A stretch of DNA of 64,000 nt, from the NCBI RefSeq assembly GCF_006345805.1, contig NW_021832224.1, positions 310,001 to 374,000 of the forward strand, written 5' to 3'. The position numbers and the translations under genes were made by a program. The notes beneath the pieces are model-generated. The model saw nothing but the letters and a program-made list of their open reading frames with translations, was not told the origin of the DNA and did no database searches. Positions 39,216-52,155 of the stretch are shown here, piece by piece (within the stretch, counting starts at the first letter, position 1; each line of letters starts with the position of its first letter). The stretch is from Octopus sinensis. Its lineage: Eukaryota.

Positions 39216-39912
39216 TTAATTTGGATGTTATTTCATGTTTAAAATTGCCATGGAATGAGATTAAAAACACTTCATTCAATACAACATTGCTTTGAAAAAG
39301 CTATGAAATATGACTGTCGGGAAAAAGAGGACATCTGAGAAAGTCTGATTGTTTCGGATATTGTGGAAAATGCAATTTTGGAGAGTTTTTGGGATGATAA
39401 CAGTAATGATGAAGAGGACTGCAGCGAACAATTTCTGGACAATTTCAGAAAATTATAAACAATGCGGAATACGTATTCACAATGCTGCAAAATGTTACAG
39501 TAAGACCCCGGTTTGGGGCAGACCCCAGTGGTGATCCACCTTCGGTTTTTGGGGCAGTTTTTAAAAACAGTCAAGGAAAACCCTCTTTTTGGAGAAAACT
39601 TCAAAATTGGGGACAATTCGGAGTCGCACTGTATGACCTTCCAGGAAATCCTAACAGAGATATATGGAAAGTACAAGGTCAGATCGAGGGAGGTGTTTGA
39701 GTCATCAGGGTGACTATCACTTCGTGTATAGTAGCGAAGATTGTTCATTATGACTAGGTCCTTTATATTAAAATTACTTAATCGACTTATTGATCCTTAG
39801 ATAGGTTAGAGAGCCATGGTGGGTTCTTTATAAAATAAATTCCTGGAATCTAATTCAGTGATACTGATTAGAAATTATAATTAGATAAAGAACTTTAAAT
39901 AATAATACCGGT

Positions 39913-40440
39913 ATGAATAATCAAATGCTGCATATGTTACTTATAAGAATGCTGTTAGTATCCAAAATTAGTCTAAAAGGTAAGAATACACAATTGTCGA
40001 ATATAACTAAAGATTTCAAACGACAAATAGAATTGACGGTTGTTATCAACACAAATAAAGTAATAAAACTTCAATATATACCCTAAAAATCCAGATATCT
40101 TACCAAAATGATAATCAAGCCCAGTCACGTTTGAACTTGGTATTTGTATCAGCACAAAGTGTATACTTAAATTCATATAAAAATAGTATCTTGAGCAAAT
40201 AAACATTACTCTCAAAGTTACGCAGATTCAACAAATCCCTACATCCCAGTTAGAATTTCGAAAGTCTATTGAACTCGCACAAAATTACAAATTTCATTAT
40301 TACTCTGATGCAGTTCTATTTATGACGTTTCTAAAACAACTCTCAAATTTAGAATAGAACAAGACAAACCACTCGGAATAGGCAGCGTTGGTGAAATATG
40401 TAGTCCAAATTCGGTTGCAATTAGCTACAGGTCATTTCAT
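39913..40440 (+). pseudogene. truncated paralog of the metalloprotease (exons 1-5 only)
   Basis: Near-identical to 29710-30230 but breaks in the intron before the HExxH exon. Confidence 0.8.
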
Positions 40441-40846
40441 GTCAGTATTTTTCTGGATTTCCCCAGACAGAAATGATTCCTCCTTCAGACCACTTATCAC
40501 TAGTGACTTCACATTCAATATCGACTAAGTAGTCTGAATCTTTTAATTGAACGCCCTTGTTATATCCACCGCGGGGAATCCTTCCAAATCTTTGTCTGGT
40601 AGAGTGAACCACTTCTGTGGCCCACTGAATCTTGTCAAGGCTTGTGACTTGATCAATTACAGCTTGCAAGGTAAGCACGCCTGCGTGGCCTAATTGGAAA
40701 GAATGGTTGTGAGATGAGGCAAATTCTTTGCCAGTGGGCAGTCCTTGGGCTACTTCTCACTGGCTTTTTTCAATTGATTCGTAGTAAGCCATTGGTCTCG
40801 AAATCAAATTCCCATAAATCGGATATCAGAGAAATCAGTTAGGGCA

Positions 40847-41110
40847 CACCATTTGCCGATATTCTTCCTTCATCCAACATAAAAGTCACCACCCCATCAA
40901 ATCTCAAAATTTTGGGCTCTCCTATATTCAACACGGGAGTGGATCAAACCTTGTTCGAAAAAACCTCTAATCTCATGTCCATGGCAATAAACTCACTGCA
41001 ACCAATTCCTATGTGGTCCTATTTTTATTGAAGAAATGCTTTGCAATTCCCAAGTTATTGTTCACCCTCAGATGTGCTCTCTGTTTCACAAATCACGTGG
41101 GCCTTTCCAG
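40847..41110 (+). mobile_element. CRE-like RT fragment
   Basis: LPSSNIKVTTPSNLKILGSPIF, homologous to IILGSPIN of the 22.4-25.5 kb element. Confidence 0.65.
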
Positions 41111-41799
41111 TTTTGATCGGGTTCAGGTCATGCCATGTTTAATTTTAATAAACTCCGTTTTTTAAGTTTAAATACAAAAGTGTCACAGCACATATATAGC
41201 GAGACTTACTGAAGAAATTCTAAATATTTTACAAAATATCAAAGAAAATTCAGAATTTTTTTAATACCATTTACAAAGTTTTTTTAGGGCAAACTAAGTT
41301 AAAATTAACAGTCGTTAATTCAGAAATTGGATTTCTAGATAGCATGAGCCACCTTGAGAGGTTCAGAACGAGGAAACTATCTGAATCATTTGCCCTGGTC
41401 CTTTGGTCATCATTAAATAAGTAAAAGCAGATACTGCACAACAGAAAAAAATTGCCAAATCTTGGACAACGACTTTGCTTCATTCCTATCGCTGTGGAGT
41501 AATCTGGGGTAATCGGCCCTCTAACAACTTCTTTCATTAAAAAGTCGGAGGAAAAGTCGCACTGTGACGTGGGGAGCCTCGGAATCGGATTAGATGGAGT
41601 TTACGGCAATGCAAACTCCATCATACATCAATCAATCAACAACTTTATTTAGGTAACAACGGATAGTATGTGGGGTAATAATTAATGAAACGGTAAAGGC
41701 TTGCTCACCGACTTCTTCCGCAACATCTTGTGCCTTTTGACTATGTTCTTACTTTTTGTTTTAAAAATAAATAAAACAGTGACGTATTTCTTTATCAGG

Positions 41800-42200
41800 T
41801 GACACTTTATGAACCAATTAAAAGATTAAACCAGTTTTTTCATCAAAAATTCCGAAGAATACAACATTTTGTGTCGAATTTTGGATTCTGAAACCTGTTC
41901 TCATGAATCTAGACACCGTAATTACCGGTTGAGAAAGAAGGCGGAAAAATTTATTCTTATTAATGGACGACTTTATCTGAGACAACCGTGTGGAGATCAT
42001 AAGCTGGTTATTTCCACAGACAACACTCAAGAGATGGATTTGGTCGCGAAGCAGATCCACAACATATCGCATTGGAATACCACTGCATGCGCAGTTACTT
42101 CGGAATAAAAAAGGAAATTATTCGGAAAGTCGTGTCAGATTGTGAAGTGTGCCGTTTTACCACACCATTAAAAGTTGGCGATGAGCAAAATCATATTGTG
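41800..42200 (+). mobile_element. Ginger/GIN-like integrase N-terminal (H2C2 zinc-binding) remnant
   Basis: LRKKAEKFILINGRLYLR..QIHNISH..SYFGIKKEIIRKVVSDCEVC across a frameshift; fused downstream to a CRE C-terminus (42210-42380, WLFQRISVAVLRGN). Confidence 0.65.
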
Positions 42201-42779
42201 CAAATCTTCCAAATGAAAGGCAGGTCTGCTACTCGCCTTCTTGCCGACATTGCCAGGAGAATTGCCAGGAAGACCAACGACCGGAGGGAGACGAGCTGGC
42301 TCTTCCAGCGAATCTCGGTCGCGGTGCTCCGCGGAAACTGCTACTCGATACGCAGTGGGGCGACTTTGAGCTGACCTCCAGGCTCTTTATTAATTCGTGT
42401 ATAACTTATTCCCTGTATCATACCTAGATTTTTTTTCTAAGTCTACAAGTGTAACGCGTCCGGCTCGGTAACGCGTCCAGCTCGTGACACAATATGTTCT
42501 TAAAACCAGTCTTATTGTACAACTACTCCTCTTGGGCACTCACAGTGCAGGAAATGGAAAATCTCAATTCCTTTCACAGAATGCAGCTGAAATACATCCT
42601 AGGAATCTTTTGGCCAAAACGGATTTCAAACAAACATCTCTACTCCAAATACAATGTACATCCGTTGGACGAAGAAATAAGAAGTAATAGGTGAGGCTTA
42701 TTCGGTCACATCCTAAAAATGGACAGGAAAACTCCCGCAAATCTCGCAATGGAACACCACTATGCTCCTCGTCCGGGAA

Positions 42780-43460
42780 TGACCTTCCGATTTGTTTCGT
42801 TTGCTACCCGGAGCCGTGAGGTGAACACGGCGAGTACAAAACTGCAGAACTACCTTAACAATCTCAAAAGTTGGCTCTCGTTAAATCGACTAACAACGAG
42901 TCCTGAAAAATCGGTCACCACGCTTATGACTTCGGCAAGGAAGCTTGGGAAAACGGTGGTGAACCTGTATCTAAATAACATGGAAATCCCGTTTAAAAAA
43001 TCCCAGAAAATCCTCGGCGTGACTTACGATAGTCATATGTGTTTCTCTCAACAAGTTGATAACATTACTACTAGCTGCATGAAGAAACTGAACATCTTTA
43101 AAGTGTTTCTCCGAAAATGCAAACAGTGGATCAGCTTCCCCGCACGCCAATCAATATACCGGCAATTCATCGAACCCTCCCTTAGTTATGCTTGTGAGGC
43201 GTGGAGAGAGATTATCAGTGGTATGAACCGCGTTAAAATCGAGAAAAATCAAGAACGCTTCCGAAAAGCACTACAAGGACCGAATGAACATCTTCTCATC
43301 TCCCCATTTAATGAAATCTTGGGAAGAAACCTCGGGGCTACAGGCCCTAAAACACCACCACCGCGCCCTCACAGAAATTGTGCCGGGACAAGGGAAGAGC
43401 ACCGGGCAAAGTTGAGAACCCTCCTCAGAGAAGCCGGGATCACCTGATTAATTAGTTTTA
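42780..43460 (+). mobile_element. LINE (jockey/I-like) RT C-terminal fragment
   Basis: LQNYLNNLKSWLSLNRL, KILGVTYDSHMCF, IYRQFIEPSLSYACEAW. Confidence 0.8.
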
Positions 43461-43584
43461 TGTTTTGGACGGTGATCTTGGTTCTAATAATAATTTGTTT
43501 CGTTTGGAAATAAAATAAAAAAATATCAAAAAATACATATTAACAGAATAAAAAAACAATGTTGTTAATTTTATATTTACAAAA

Positions 43585-43880
43585 CAAAATCCGACAAGTG
43601 AAAATATATTTGAATTAAAAAAGATTAGATCGCTGTGAAAATATGACCAACTAAATTGCAGAATATCGAATATAATAGGAAATTCTACAAATCGGAAATA
43701 CGGTTAATCAATTTTAATACAAATACTAACCACGAATATAAAGAGAAAAAAATGTAAATAATCATAAAAAACAAAAAAATTCATCACAACAAGAATAACA
43801 AATTAACAACGTGCTTATAATGTTAGCATTTATTTACCAAGTAATAAAAATGATTATAATCTAATTTTAATTTTATTAAA
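43585..43880 (+). repeat. ~300-bp dispersed repeat, second copy at 58927-59225
   Basis: AAAATCCGACAAGTGAAAATATATTTGAATTAAAAAAGATTAGAT... is shared along its whole length. Confidence 0.8.
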
Positions 43881-44559
43881 ATATAGAAAAATAGAATAGT
43901 TTTTTATTGTACAAGAAAAACCAAAACCAAAAAACAAGAAAAGATCATTAACAGTGAGATACAAACAAAACTTCTTTCCATGCTAACCCCAATTATAATT
44001 ACCTAACATAACTTTTATCCAGGACCATTTGGGTCGTAGGCACAGAGAATTCTTGCGAGTCTTCTTCCGTCAAGTTGTACTTAATAAGCCAGTTTAAGGA
44101 TCCCCGCAGTCCTTCTGGTTTGCTACGTGGTCGGCGTACGAGCCACGACAGTTGATAATTACTCCAAAATAGAAAAAATTCAAGCTCTTGGACAAATCCA
44201 CAGCATAACCACCCATAGCATAAGCACACACGCCGCACAACGATTTCCTCTCCAAATCCATGAAATTTTGCTTTTCTTAGATTCTAATGTCAAGCCATTT
44301 TCTTCTGTCCACTTTTTTAGCATGAAAATGTATGACTTGAGTCGTCTACACGACTGAGAAATCATTTTTTAGGTATCCATGACTAGGATTTCATCAGTAT
44401 ATATGATGAGACCGATCGCTGCAGGACGCCCATTTAAATTCTGCACACCCTGAAGGGCAGTTCCCAGAGCGAACAAAAGATTTCCTTCCAGACAAATAGC
44501 TCTCCAGCCATTGATAGATCTTCATTCCGACTCGGGTTTTATGAACTTATCTATTATTA

Positions 44560-45900
44560 TCATTAAAAGCACGTTCATAGAACCGAAGAATATAAATTAA
44601 CAAAGGTCCTGTTTGTGCCACACGTTTCGAGATTATATTCACCAAGCTTTTCATCGGTATCTGCTTTTCACGTCTGCTCGTAGTTCTTCTAACTCGTCTG
44701 CACATTTGAGTTTTTTCGCAATTTTATTAAGATCCTTGTTTAGAACAACAGGGAAAGTGATTCGGGTCTCCCTATAAACAATATCTTGTTTTCATTGTCA
44801 AAGTAATTGTCAATTATAATGTTTGCGGGAGTGTTTATGTCCATTCTAAGTACATGGCCAAATAGCCTCCATCTTGATTCGATAATTTCAGTACTTATTT
44901 GAAGCAATTGTGTCATAGAATACAATTTCTCGTTGGAAATCTTCTTTGGCAAATCTAGGACAGATAAATTGCATAATTGCTTTAATGTATCCATTTTCTG
45001 GAGTTCTAACTCTGTGACTCCACATGTACCCGAGTTGTACACAAGTACCGGCTTTATATACGAGTTGTATAACCTTATTCGTAGCTTTGTTTTGATTAGT
45101 TTTTGTCGACTCCATATTTTTGCATATTCTTATAAATTGCAATGACTAAGACTCTTCTATACATCATGTCCCCACTATCACCAAGTAAGGGTCCCAGTTT
45201 CCTTTTTTCTTCAAGTTTTCATCAATATGTTTTAATTGCCGTTTAATTGTCATGTGTTCAGTCTTTTTTTCATTAACATGCAGGGAACAATTCTAAAAAT
45301 CGTTCGGAATTTTTTAAAAAACAAGTCCAAGTTCCGAATACTTTCTGACACAAAATCAATTTCATCTGCATATATAATTTCCATCAACATTGATCCTCCA
45401 CATTTAGTTCTGAGGGCTCTCAGTGAGGCCTCCAAGTATATGATAAATAAAATCGAAAATAAAGAGTCCCCTTGAGGTGTTCCAGCCGTAGTTGCGAAAG
45501 GCATCGATGGAATGTTCCCAACCCGTACAGTTAATTCAGTATTAGACAAAAGAAAATGGATCAGCCTCGTATTATCTTCATCAAAAAAACCCTCAATCAC
45601 GCCCAGCGATTTTTTTCCCTTTATCAGTATCAAAACCACTGAACATGTCCACTCCCAGTATTTTAAAATCACTCTTGTATCGTTGATACGTGGCACATAT
45701 CCATCTGTGGGGACAGATGGCATCTGCGGTCGAAGGACCCCTTCTGAATCCGCACTGTCCTGGTGACAGGAAAACAGAAACATCCGACTAAGTGTTATCA
45801 GAAATAGTATCTTTCTCAATGTTTGCAGTAATATCACTGGTCTTAAGTTTTTTGTGGTCTCTTGCTCTTTTCTGGTATATGCAAAGGAATTAAGATTCCA
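44560..45900 (-). mobile_element. RTE-like LINE, decayed
   Basis: LRPVILLQTLRKIL, GTPQGDSLFSILFIIYLE, IIYADEIDF, RWRLFGHVLRMDINTPAN; an older jockey-like RT remnant lies at ~43990-44500. Confidence 0.82.
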
Positions 45901-46627
45901 TTACCAAGTTTCGAAGCGAATACCATTTGGTTTGAAAATTTTATTTTTTGAGTATTAAAATTATAATTTGTGTAATCTAAATTTCTGAAATCAATGTGAA
46001 AAATTCTCAAAGCAAAATGATCTATTCCAAACTATTCCAAAACTTACATATTGATAAATTTACAATTACAAGCAAGAATTTTAATAGAAATTAATATTCG
46101 CCAGTGGCCGCACCGCCGATAGCAAACAAGTTACCTTGCAAGATTGCTATCGATACCCTCTGGGTTATCACTATTTATCATGACAGATGTTGGCACTCGT
46201 CAAATTATCTGTCGCGTTTTAAATGAAAATTTCATTTGGCAGAAGTTTGATAAGCCACCAGCTTATCTTTCATGGCCTCAATAAATTGGATTACTTTTTT
46301 ATAAGTAATTGCAAATTACTCCATGTCTGCATGTACCGAGAAATTTCACTTGACCCTGCTTCGATTCCAGAGTTTTTATATACTGGGGTTACTTATTTGC
46401 TTCTCAAAATAGATGATACATCCGCTCCGACAGATTATTTTATAAATTAAATTACAAAAATTTATTCAAACAAAACCAAATTTGACTAAGGCTACACTAT
46501 TTAATTAAGCTTTTTCACTCTTTCTTGTTGGAAATCTCCTCCTTTTAGGAGGAAGAATTTGCTTCATTAAAGACGTGTTTCTTTATCGGACTGTGACATC
46601 GGATATCAGAGAAATCGGTTAAGGCAC

Positions 46628-47330
46628 ATCATTTGCCAGCTCTTTCCAGAGTTTTGTGAATTAGATTGTTAATTTCAGTGTGCCGAGGAAATCGGCCGGC
46701 ACTCATTCGACAAAACAGAGGATATAGCCCAAAGTCGTCAACTTTAGCCCCACAACGGCAGGGGTGAAGTCTGCAGACAGGGAGTCCAAGGCGATTACAG
46801 ATATCCAAACAGAGTGAATCCCTATTCAAAAGCGGAGAAGGGACTACATTGACCCAGGAGCCTGAGTATGGCTGACAGGCGGAACGGAAACAAGCTAGTC
46901 TGTGTTGGTCGAGGAGCGGTTCCAAGTCAGTTGAAGATCGACGGCAAAAAATTTTTTCGACCCCGCTGAGAAATGACATTAAAGGGACTTCAGAAAAATT
47001 TTGTTTCCAAATCAATATCAGAGTCCAACGATGATTCAGTAGTTTTTTCCAGAATCTTTTGGACAAATCAATACTAGAACGGAGGCCCAGACCCCGTGAT
47101 TCATAGGAAGTTTAGCCTAACACCAGGCAATATCATCGAAATGTAGATTAAGAATTTTCTCAAAACTCAAAACCAAGGTATCATAAGATTCCAAAATTTG
47201 CGTGACATAAAACAAGGAGAGTTCCTCAGTATATAAATGATTTTTGGGATCAAAAGTTAATTCTTGAGGATGTAGAATGAAGGATGAGGATCAATGACAT
47301 AAAGTTTTTCACAAAGAGATGCGATAAGGA
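46628..47330 (-). mobile_element. CRE-like RT/REL remnant
   Basis: QPYSGSWVNVVPS, CRLHPCRCGAKVDDFGLYPLFCRMSAGRFPRH. Confidence 0.8.
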
Positions 47331-48135
47331 TTCGTGTAGCTGAGTCGGCGAGAGTCGGTGACCCCAGATATTATAGACTGAACCGAGTTATCAACTTATT
47401 ATCAACTTATTCTGCACCGAGTCTGCCTTAATCTTTCTCTTACTTTTAATTTTTTTGTTTTTAAAGCAATAATTTGAATGCAAATAACAAAAGGAGAAAG
47501 TTAGTTTAAGACTACGCAGTTTAGGGCGCCCTGGATGGCACCCTGGCTGGATGGTACCCTACTTTTAATATTATAGACTCGATAAATATACATGGATGCA
47601 CTTTACAACTTCGCTGTGTCTTCGAAGATAATCACTGCTTACATTTTACCACACTGGATGGTTAAATAGTCGAAAGTTTTCATGGAAGCAAGAAATCTTG
47701 TAGCTAAATGCCATTTATTTGTTTTTATTACGAACAGGATTTAATTTATGTAAACATAGTGTCGTCTGACTTTCTAAACTTTTTAGGAACGGAAAAGCAT
47801 CAGTTCACTCTTGAAAGAAACTGAAGTAAATTCGTCTCCGGTCCCGGTTTAGAAATAACCTCTCATTATTTGCAGCATAACAAATAGTTTGCGGGGATAA
47901 TAAGTCTCCCTGTAGAATTCTTCGGACCAGGTTTACAGGACAATTCTTCCTCCGTCAATAATAATTATTAAGTAAAAATATTTTATAAAAGATTTACATC
48001 AATTTTTAAATTTTTATGAAACATATGGGCTGGATGGTACAATGCAAAACATTACAAAATAAAAAGCTTGAAGCCTGAAAGCCCAAATTTTTAGAGAAAT
48101 TTTTACTTAAAAAATTTTATTTTATTCTTATTAAT

Positions 48136-48691
48136 TTGTTAATAGAAACAAAATTTAACTTAAGCTAGACTATTTAATTTAGATTCTCAGTCCCGATTAT
48201 TGGGAATCTCTCTCCTCCTTTTAAAAGAAGAGCTTGCAACCAGTTCCTCCTCACTCTCCATCTCCCCGCCAGATAGATTTTCTATTTGTCTCATATCTTT
48301 CACCGGCGTGTCACGGCACCATGCCACTTCTGCAAGCTGGTAAGCAGCAGAAATGTATTCTTCGGCAGATACTCTCACTCCATGTCTGTGTTCAACTACC
48401 ATGCTTTCTAGACTCCTCTCTAAAACAACAGATTGAATATAAGTTCTTGTGGCTTTTTCAATCGATTTGTCCATATAGTTTTTGAAGTATCTCAAAACAA
48501 CGCCATCCCACGTTAAAACAACCGGGATAATCTTTACTTTTGCATCATAAAGTATTGAAAGTTTGTTTGCGAGCAGATCATATTTATGAAATTTCTCGAT
48601 TTCGACTTGTTTGAGGCGATCTTGTGAAGTGATGCCAACTTCGATTAAGGTTATCTCTTGTTTAGTTTTGTCATACACGAAGATATCTGGG
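48136..48691 (-). mobile_element. 5'-truncated R4/Dong-like element with 16-bp TSD
   Basis: KPDIF, TLIEVGITSQDRLKQVEIEKFHKYDLL, PVVLTWDG; TTTTATTCTTATTAAT at 48120-48135 and 48692-48707; empty site in the paralogous repeat at ~55310-55505. Confidence 0.9.
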
Positions 48692-49114
48692 TTTTATTCT
48701 TATTAATAAAAATTTCAAGAAATATTAACTTTCGATACTCTATGAGGTGAAAACTATTCCGGTGATTTAACTTAGAATAGAATTATCTTCCTTTGTCAAT
48801 GTCAAGTCCACATTCCTACAATACTTTTTACAAAATTTACAATCTAGAAACGTATCCCCAAACAATCATCACATAATAAAATGTCCCATTACGGGGTCCC
48901 TAATAGAAAAAAAATCCCTGATAAAAATTCGAAGTGCTCGACGTCCAGGATCGACATAATAAAAGGTTTCACTGTAAATCTTTCAATCCGGGTGTTTGTT
49001 AATCTCTTTTCATTTTTATAAACAAAGTTTGTTCCTAACAATCTTCATTCCTTATCCTCATTACAGGGTTTATTTGGCTGTTTTTGCGACATGCCAGTTT
49101 CACAAGTTGATCAG

Positions 49115-49544
49115 TTATTATTATTATTATTATTTAAAGACCAATACGGGCAAGCCAGTTAATTATAGTTAATCCCGTGATCGCCGATCCAAACGAGGGA
49201 GATCCTTCTGAAAGGTTCAATCCTTCCCGCAAGATCGGCCTGAGACGACGATGTCCCAGGGTCTGAGAAGCTAAGAGTCCTTTTCGGAAGGCATTAAGTG
49301 CCTCATGAGCGTTGCCATATCCGAAGGAATTTCCAACTAACATGGTGGACCCCGTAACGCCACGCTAAGCCCGGAAGGTAAGAGATCCCCATTTCCAACT
49401 GTGTCGTGCCAGAAGTACTCGTTGCCTCACGGGCAGGGGAACGATAACGAGAATTAGCCCCAGGATGAAAACTGTCCTCCTTCGGAATCGAACTCACGAC
49501 CATCCAAATCCATTATCCATAGCTTAGTCTTCAGCCAAGGGGGC
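49115..49544 (-). mobile_element. tRNA-derived SINE, copy 1
   Basis: Head with A-box-like TGGCTGAAG and B-box GAGTTCGATTCC; (TAA)n tail; aligns by eye over ~430 bp with 54761-55189. Confidence 0.78.
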
Positions 49545-49799
49545 TAGTGGCTGACTGTAATACAAAGACCAGTATAATGGTTGGCTTTATATGAGCACAG
49601 AATGTACATTTATAAATTATCTATTCGGACATTAAAAGGTGTTATTTCATTTCATCATAAAAATTGTTGAACGACCTTAACGACCTTTTCTTTCAGGGAA
49701 GGCAAGTCCCTAGTTTGAGACCTCCACCAGTGCTCAGGGCGAAGAGTTAAAGAGGACTAAATACCTGTGTATTTCGGTTGCCTTCTAAACCTCAGGAAT

Positions 49800-49960
49800 C
49801 GCGACTCACTCCTCAATGACATTGGTAGGAGAATCTCTTCGAAAACAAAAGACCGGAACGAGATGAGCTGGCTCTTTTAGCAAATATATATCGCCGTGGT
49901 CTGCGGAAACTGCCACTCAATACGCAGTGAGGTGTCGTTAAGCTGACTCTCAGGCTCTCG
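49800..49960 (+). mobile_element. CRE-like extreme 3' fragment
   Basis: ERDELALLANIYRRGLRKLPL / AVVCGNCHSIRSEVS, similar to 42300-42380. Confidence 0.55.
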
Positions 49961-50798
49961 ACTATACTTTGAGTTATTTTTTCTGTTCTCACATTAAAAA
50001 AATGTTACAATCACAAAAATAAATTTAGAATACTTGTCTGAACAAAAAAAATTCTTATTCAAATGTATAGCTAACCTTTCGGCCCAGTAGAAAAACTACG
50101 CCCAATTCCCTAAGGAAGATTCTCACATTTATTGTTCTGAGTCGTATCAAAGACAGAGTCAATGATCTTCTGTCTCCAAATCATAGCTGATTCAGAGTAT
50201 GACGTCCAACCGCTGACATTCAAAGGACTCACCGATAGTCTTTCCTAACCCATCAGAAATACAAAAGTGCCACAACACTCCTGATTCCATTAAATAATCA
50301 ATCAAATGAATGTCCCAATACAGCAAGACATCACATTTACCAAAAAACATAAAAATTTCAACATAAAAACATACACATGAAAAAGAATCTCAATTGCTTA
50401 TCATACTACCATTACCATAAGACATGGATAACCATCCTTTTTCGCCGGCGAGCTACTTTTTATATTGAGATTTTTTTGCAATATATTTTAATAACAAAAT
50501 TTTTACTTTATAATTACAAGTTAATGTGATTTTTGGGATTGTAATTCTCCTGCAATTATTTCGAATTCTAGCTCATATGAGCTTAGTACTATACTCATGA
50601 AATCCGTTAAACAAGTCCTGTATTGAGATTTTATATATCAAAGGCGCCGCGATCTACTGGTTGGCCACGCCTGCCATAAGATATCATACTTAAAATATAA
50701 CTAACTCAGAAAAAAAGTAAATCAAAGAATTATTTAAAAACTGGAACAAAGAATGAAAGACAATCATAATCACCCAAAGAGATCATCTAAAATATAAA

Positions 50799-51182
50799 TC
50801 AAAAAAGGAGACCGAAAATGTCGCTGTCCTCCGACTCTTCCACAACGGGGGCTTTCGCAGGAGCACTTTTCTTTTCTTCAACAGGGGCAGCCACAGATTC
50901 GACTACCGCCGGCTGTGCTTGTACTGGTGCCGATGGGGTGGCTGAACAACCGGAAATGAGCTCGTTAATGTTAATCCGAGAATAATAATCAGCAAATTTC
51001 TCTAAAATTGCAAGAATGTGATGAAACTAGCTAGGAATGATTTGACGTTGATATTTGCAACTCTGAGCACTCTTGTGAGATTATCGGCCTTAGTAGTATT
51101 ATGATTAATCATATACAGTGACAGGAGTATTCGTATCGTTTAGTAAGAGAGCGGCATATGAATAAGCCCTAACTTCATCCAT
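50799..51182 (-). CDS. RPLP1: 60S acidic ribosomal protein P1, 109 aa, 2 introns
   Basis: MDEVRAYSYAALLLNDTNTPVTADNLTRVLRVANINV...ININELI, Ala/Pro hinge, EESEDSDIFGLLF*; introns 28 and 26 nt. Confidence 0.9.
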
Positions 51183-51470
51183 GTTGCACGTTTTTAATAA
51201 TTGATTTTAAATTATTATATTATTAAATAATTTAAATTATTATAAATCTAATTAATAAAACTCGTACATTGCTATCTAACAACTTTTTTGGCATTTTACA
51301 ATATTCGAATTTCTTTTACAAAAGACCAACAATGTCCATTTTTATATTTATATACAAGATCTAGAATTAAAAATTTCAAAAATGACAAAAAGATTGACTT
51401 AAATTTATCGTCAATGACTTCTGATTAATAATTTAGAGAAATTATTATTAAGGAGCACTTTTTTGTAATC

Positions 51471-52155
51471 TCAAATGTATAAATCATTTTGTAGAGATTT
51501 TTGTTGCTCATCTCTTTTGGCCAGCAAATATTTAGGAGTGGTCTTTATTATTTTCTGATGAAAGAATTGAGCTGTTCTAATTTTGGGGCGGTTAGAACCC
51601 AGGTCCACGAATTTTAGAGCATGATTGATTTGTACAGTAAAATTCGAAGATGGGTTTTTATCAACTTGCGCCATATCCAGATCTTCCATATTTTTTGAAG
51701 AAGGCAACAGCCAGTACTTTCTTTCTGATAAAATTTTTTGAGTCCCGAAAGAGAGATCCAATTTTCTTGTGTTTTCTTCACTTCTCTTCGTTTTTCGTCC
51801 TGCGGCGAAATATGGTAGTTTCTTCAGTTTTGTCAGGATTTACTACCAGACAATGTGGGATCAAATTAGGAAAATTCATTTATTTACAATAAGAAATGAA
51901 TATTCGAATTTAAATATAATATTTATTGTGAATTATCTGTTTGGATTTTGTCTTTTTCCGGGGATCCAATGAGGCCCATTCAAAAATACCTCCTTCCTCA
52001 GAAGTATCAATGTCGACTAGGATAGTGGGCTGTAGGAATCTTATTTTGTTCAGCCAATCAAATGAAATGGGCTGTTTAATAACTGGAACTGTTTCTGGTA
52101 CAGATTGATCTTTCTTTTGGACCAAATCTTTTATTCTTGAGAGTGTTCCAGGCAT
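51471..52155 (-). CDS. possible hypothetical protein upstream of RPLP1 (exon structure unresolved)
   Basis: ATG-initiated 81-aa ORF plus a downstream 96-aa ORF with coding-like composition; no recognisable motif and no clean splice model. Confidence 0.25.

Larger units (their letters stand above)
39219..41770 (+). repeat. mosaic segmental duplicate of 28212-34720
   Basis: 39219-40445 matches 28212-28829 plus 29634-30245; 40455-40633 matches 31727-31914; 40621-40846 matches 34116-34345; 41290-41770 matches 34345-34720. Confidence 0.9.

Noticed and set aside
40817-40857. Site-specific CRE targeting of TTAGGGCA (shared junction with 46599-46638 and 34317-34347)
   Set aside because: The shared sequence extends past the supposed insertion point and can be explained by a deletion in one copy; the other CRE TSDs show no such motif
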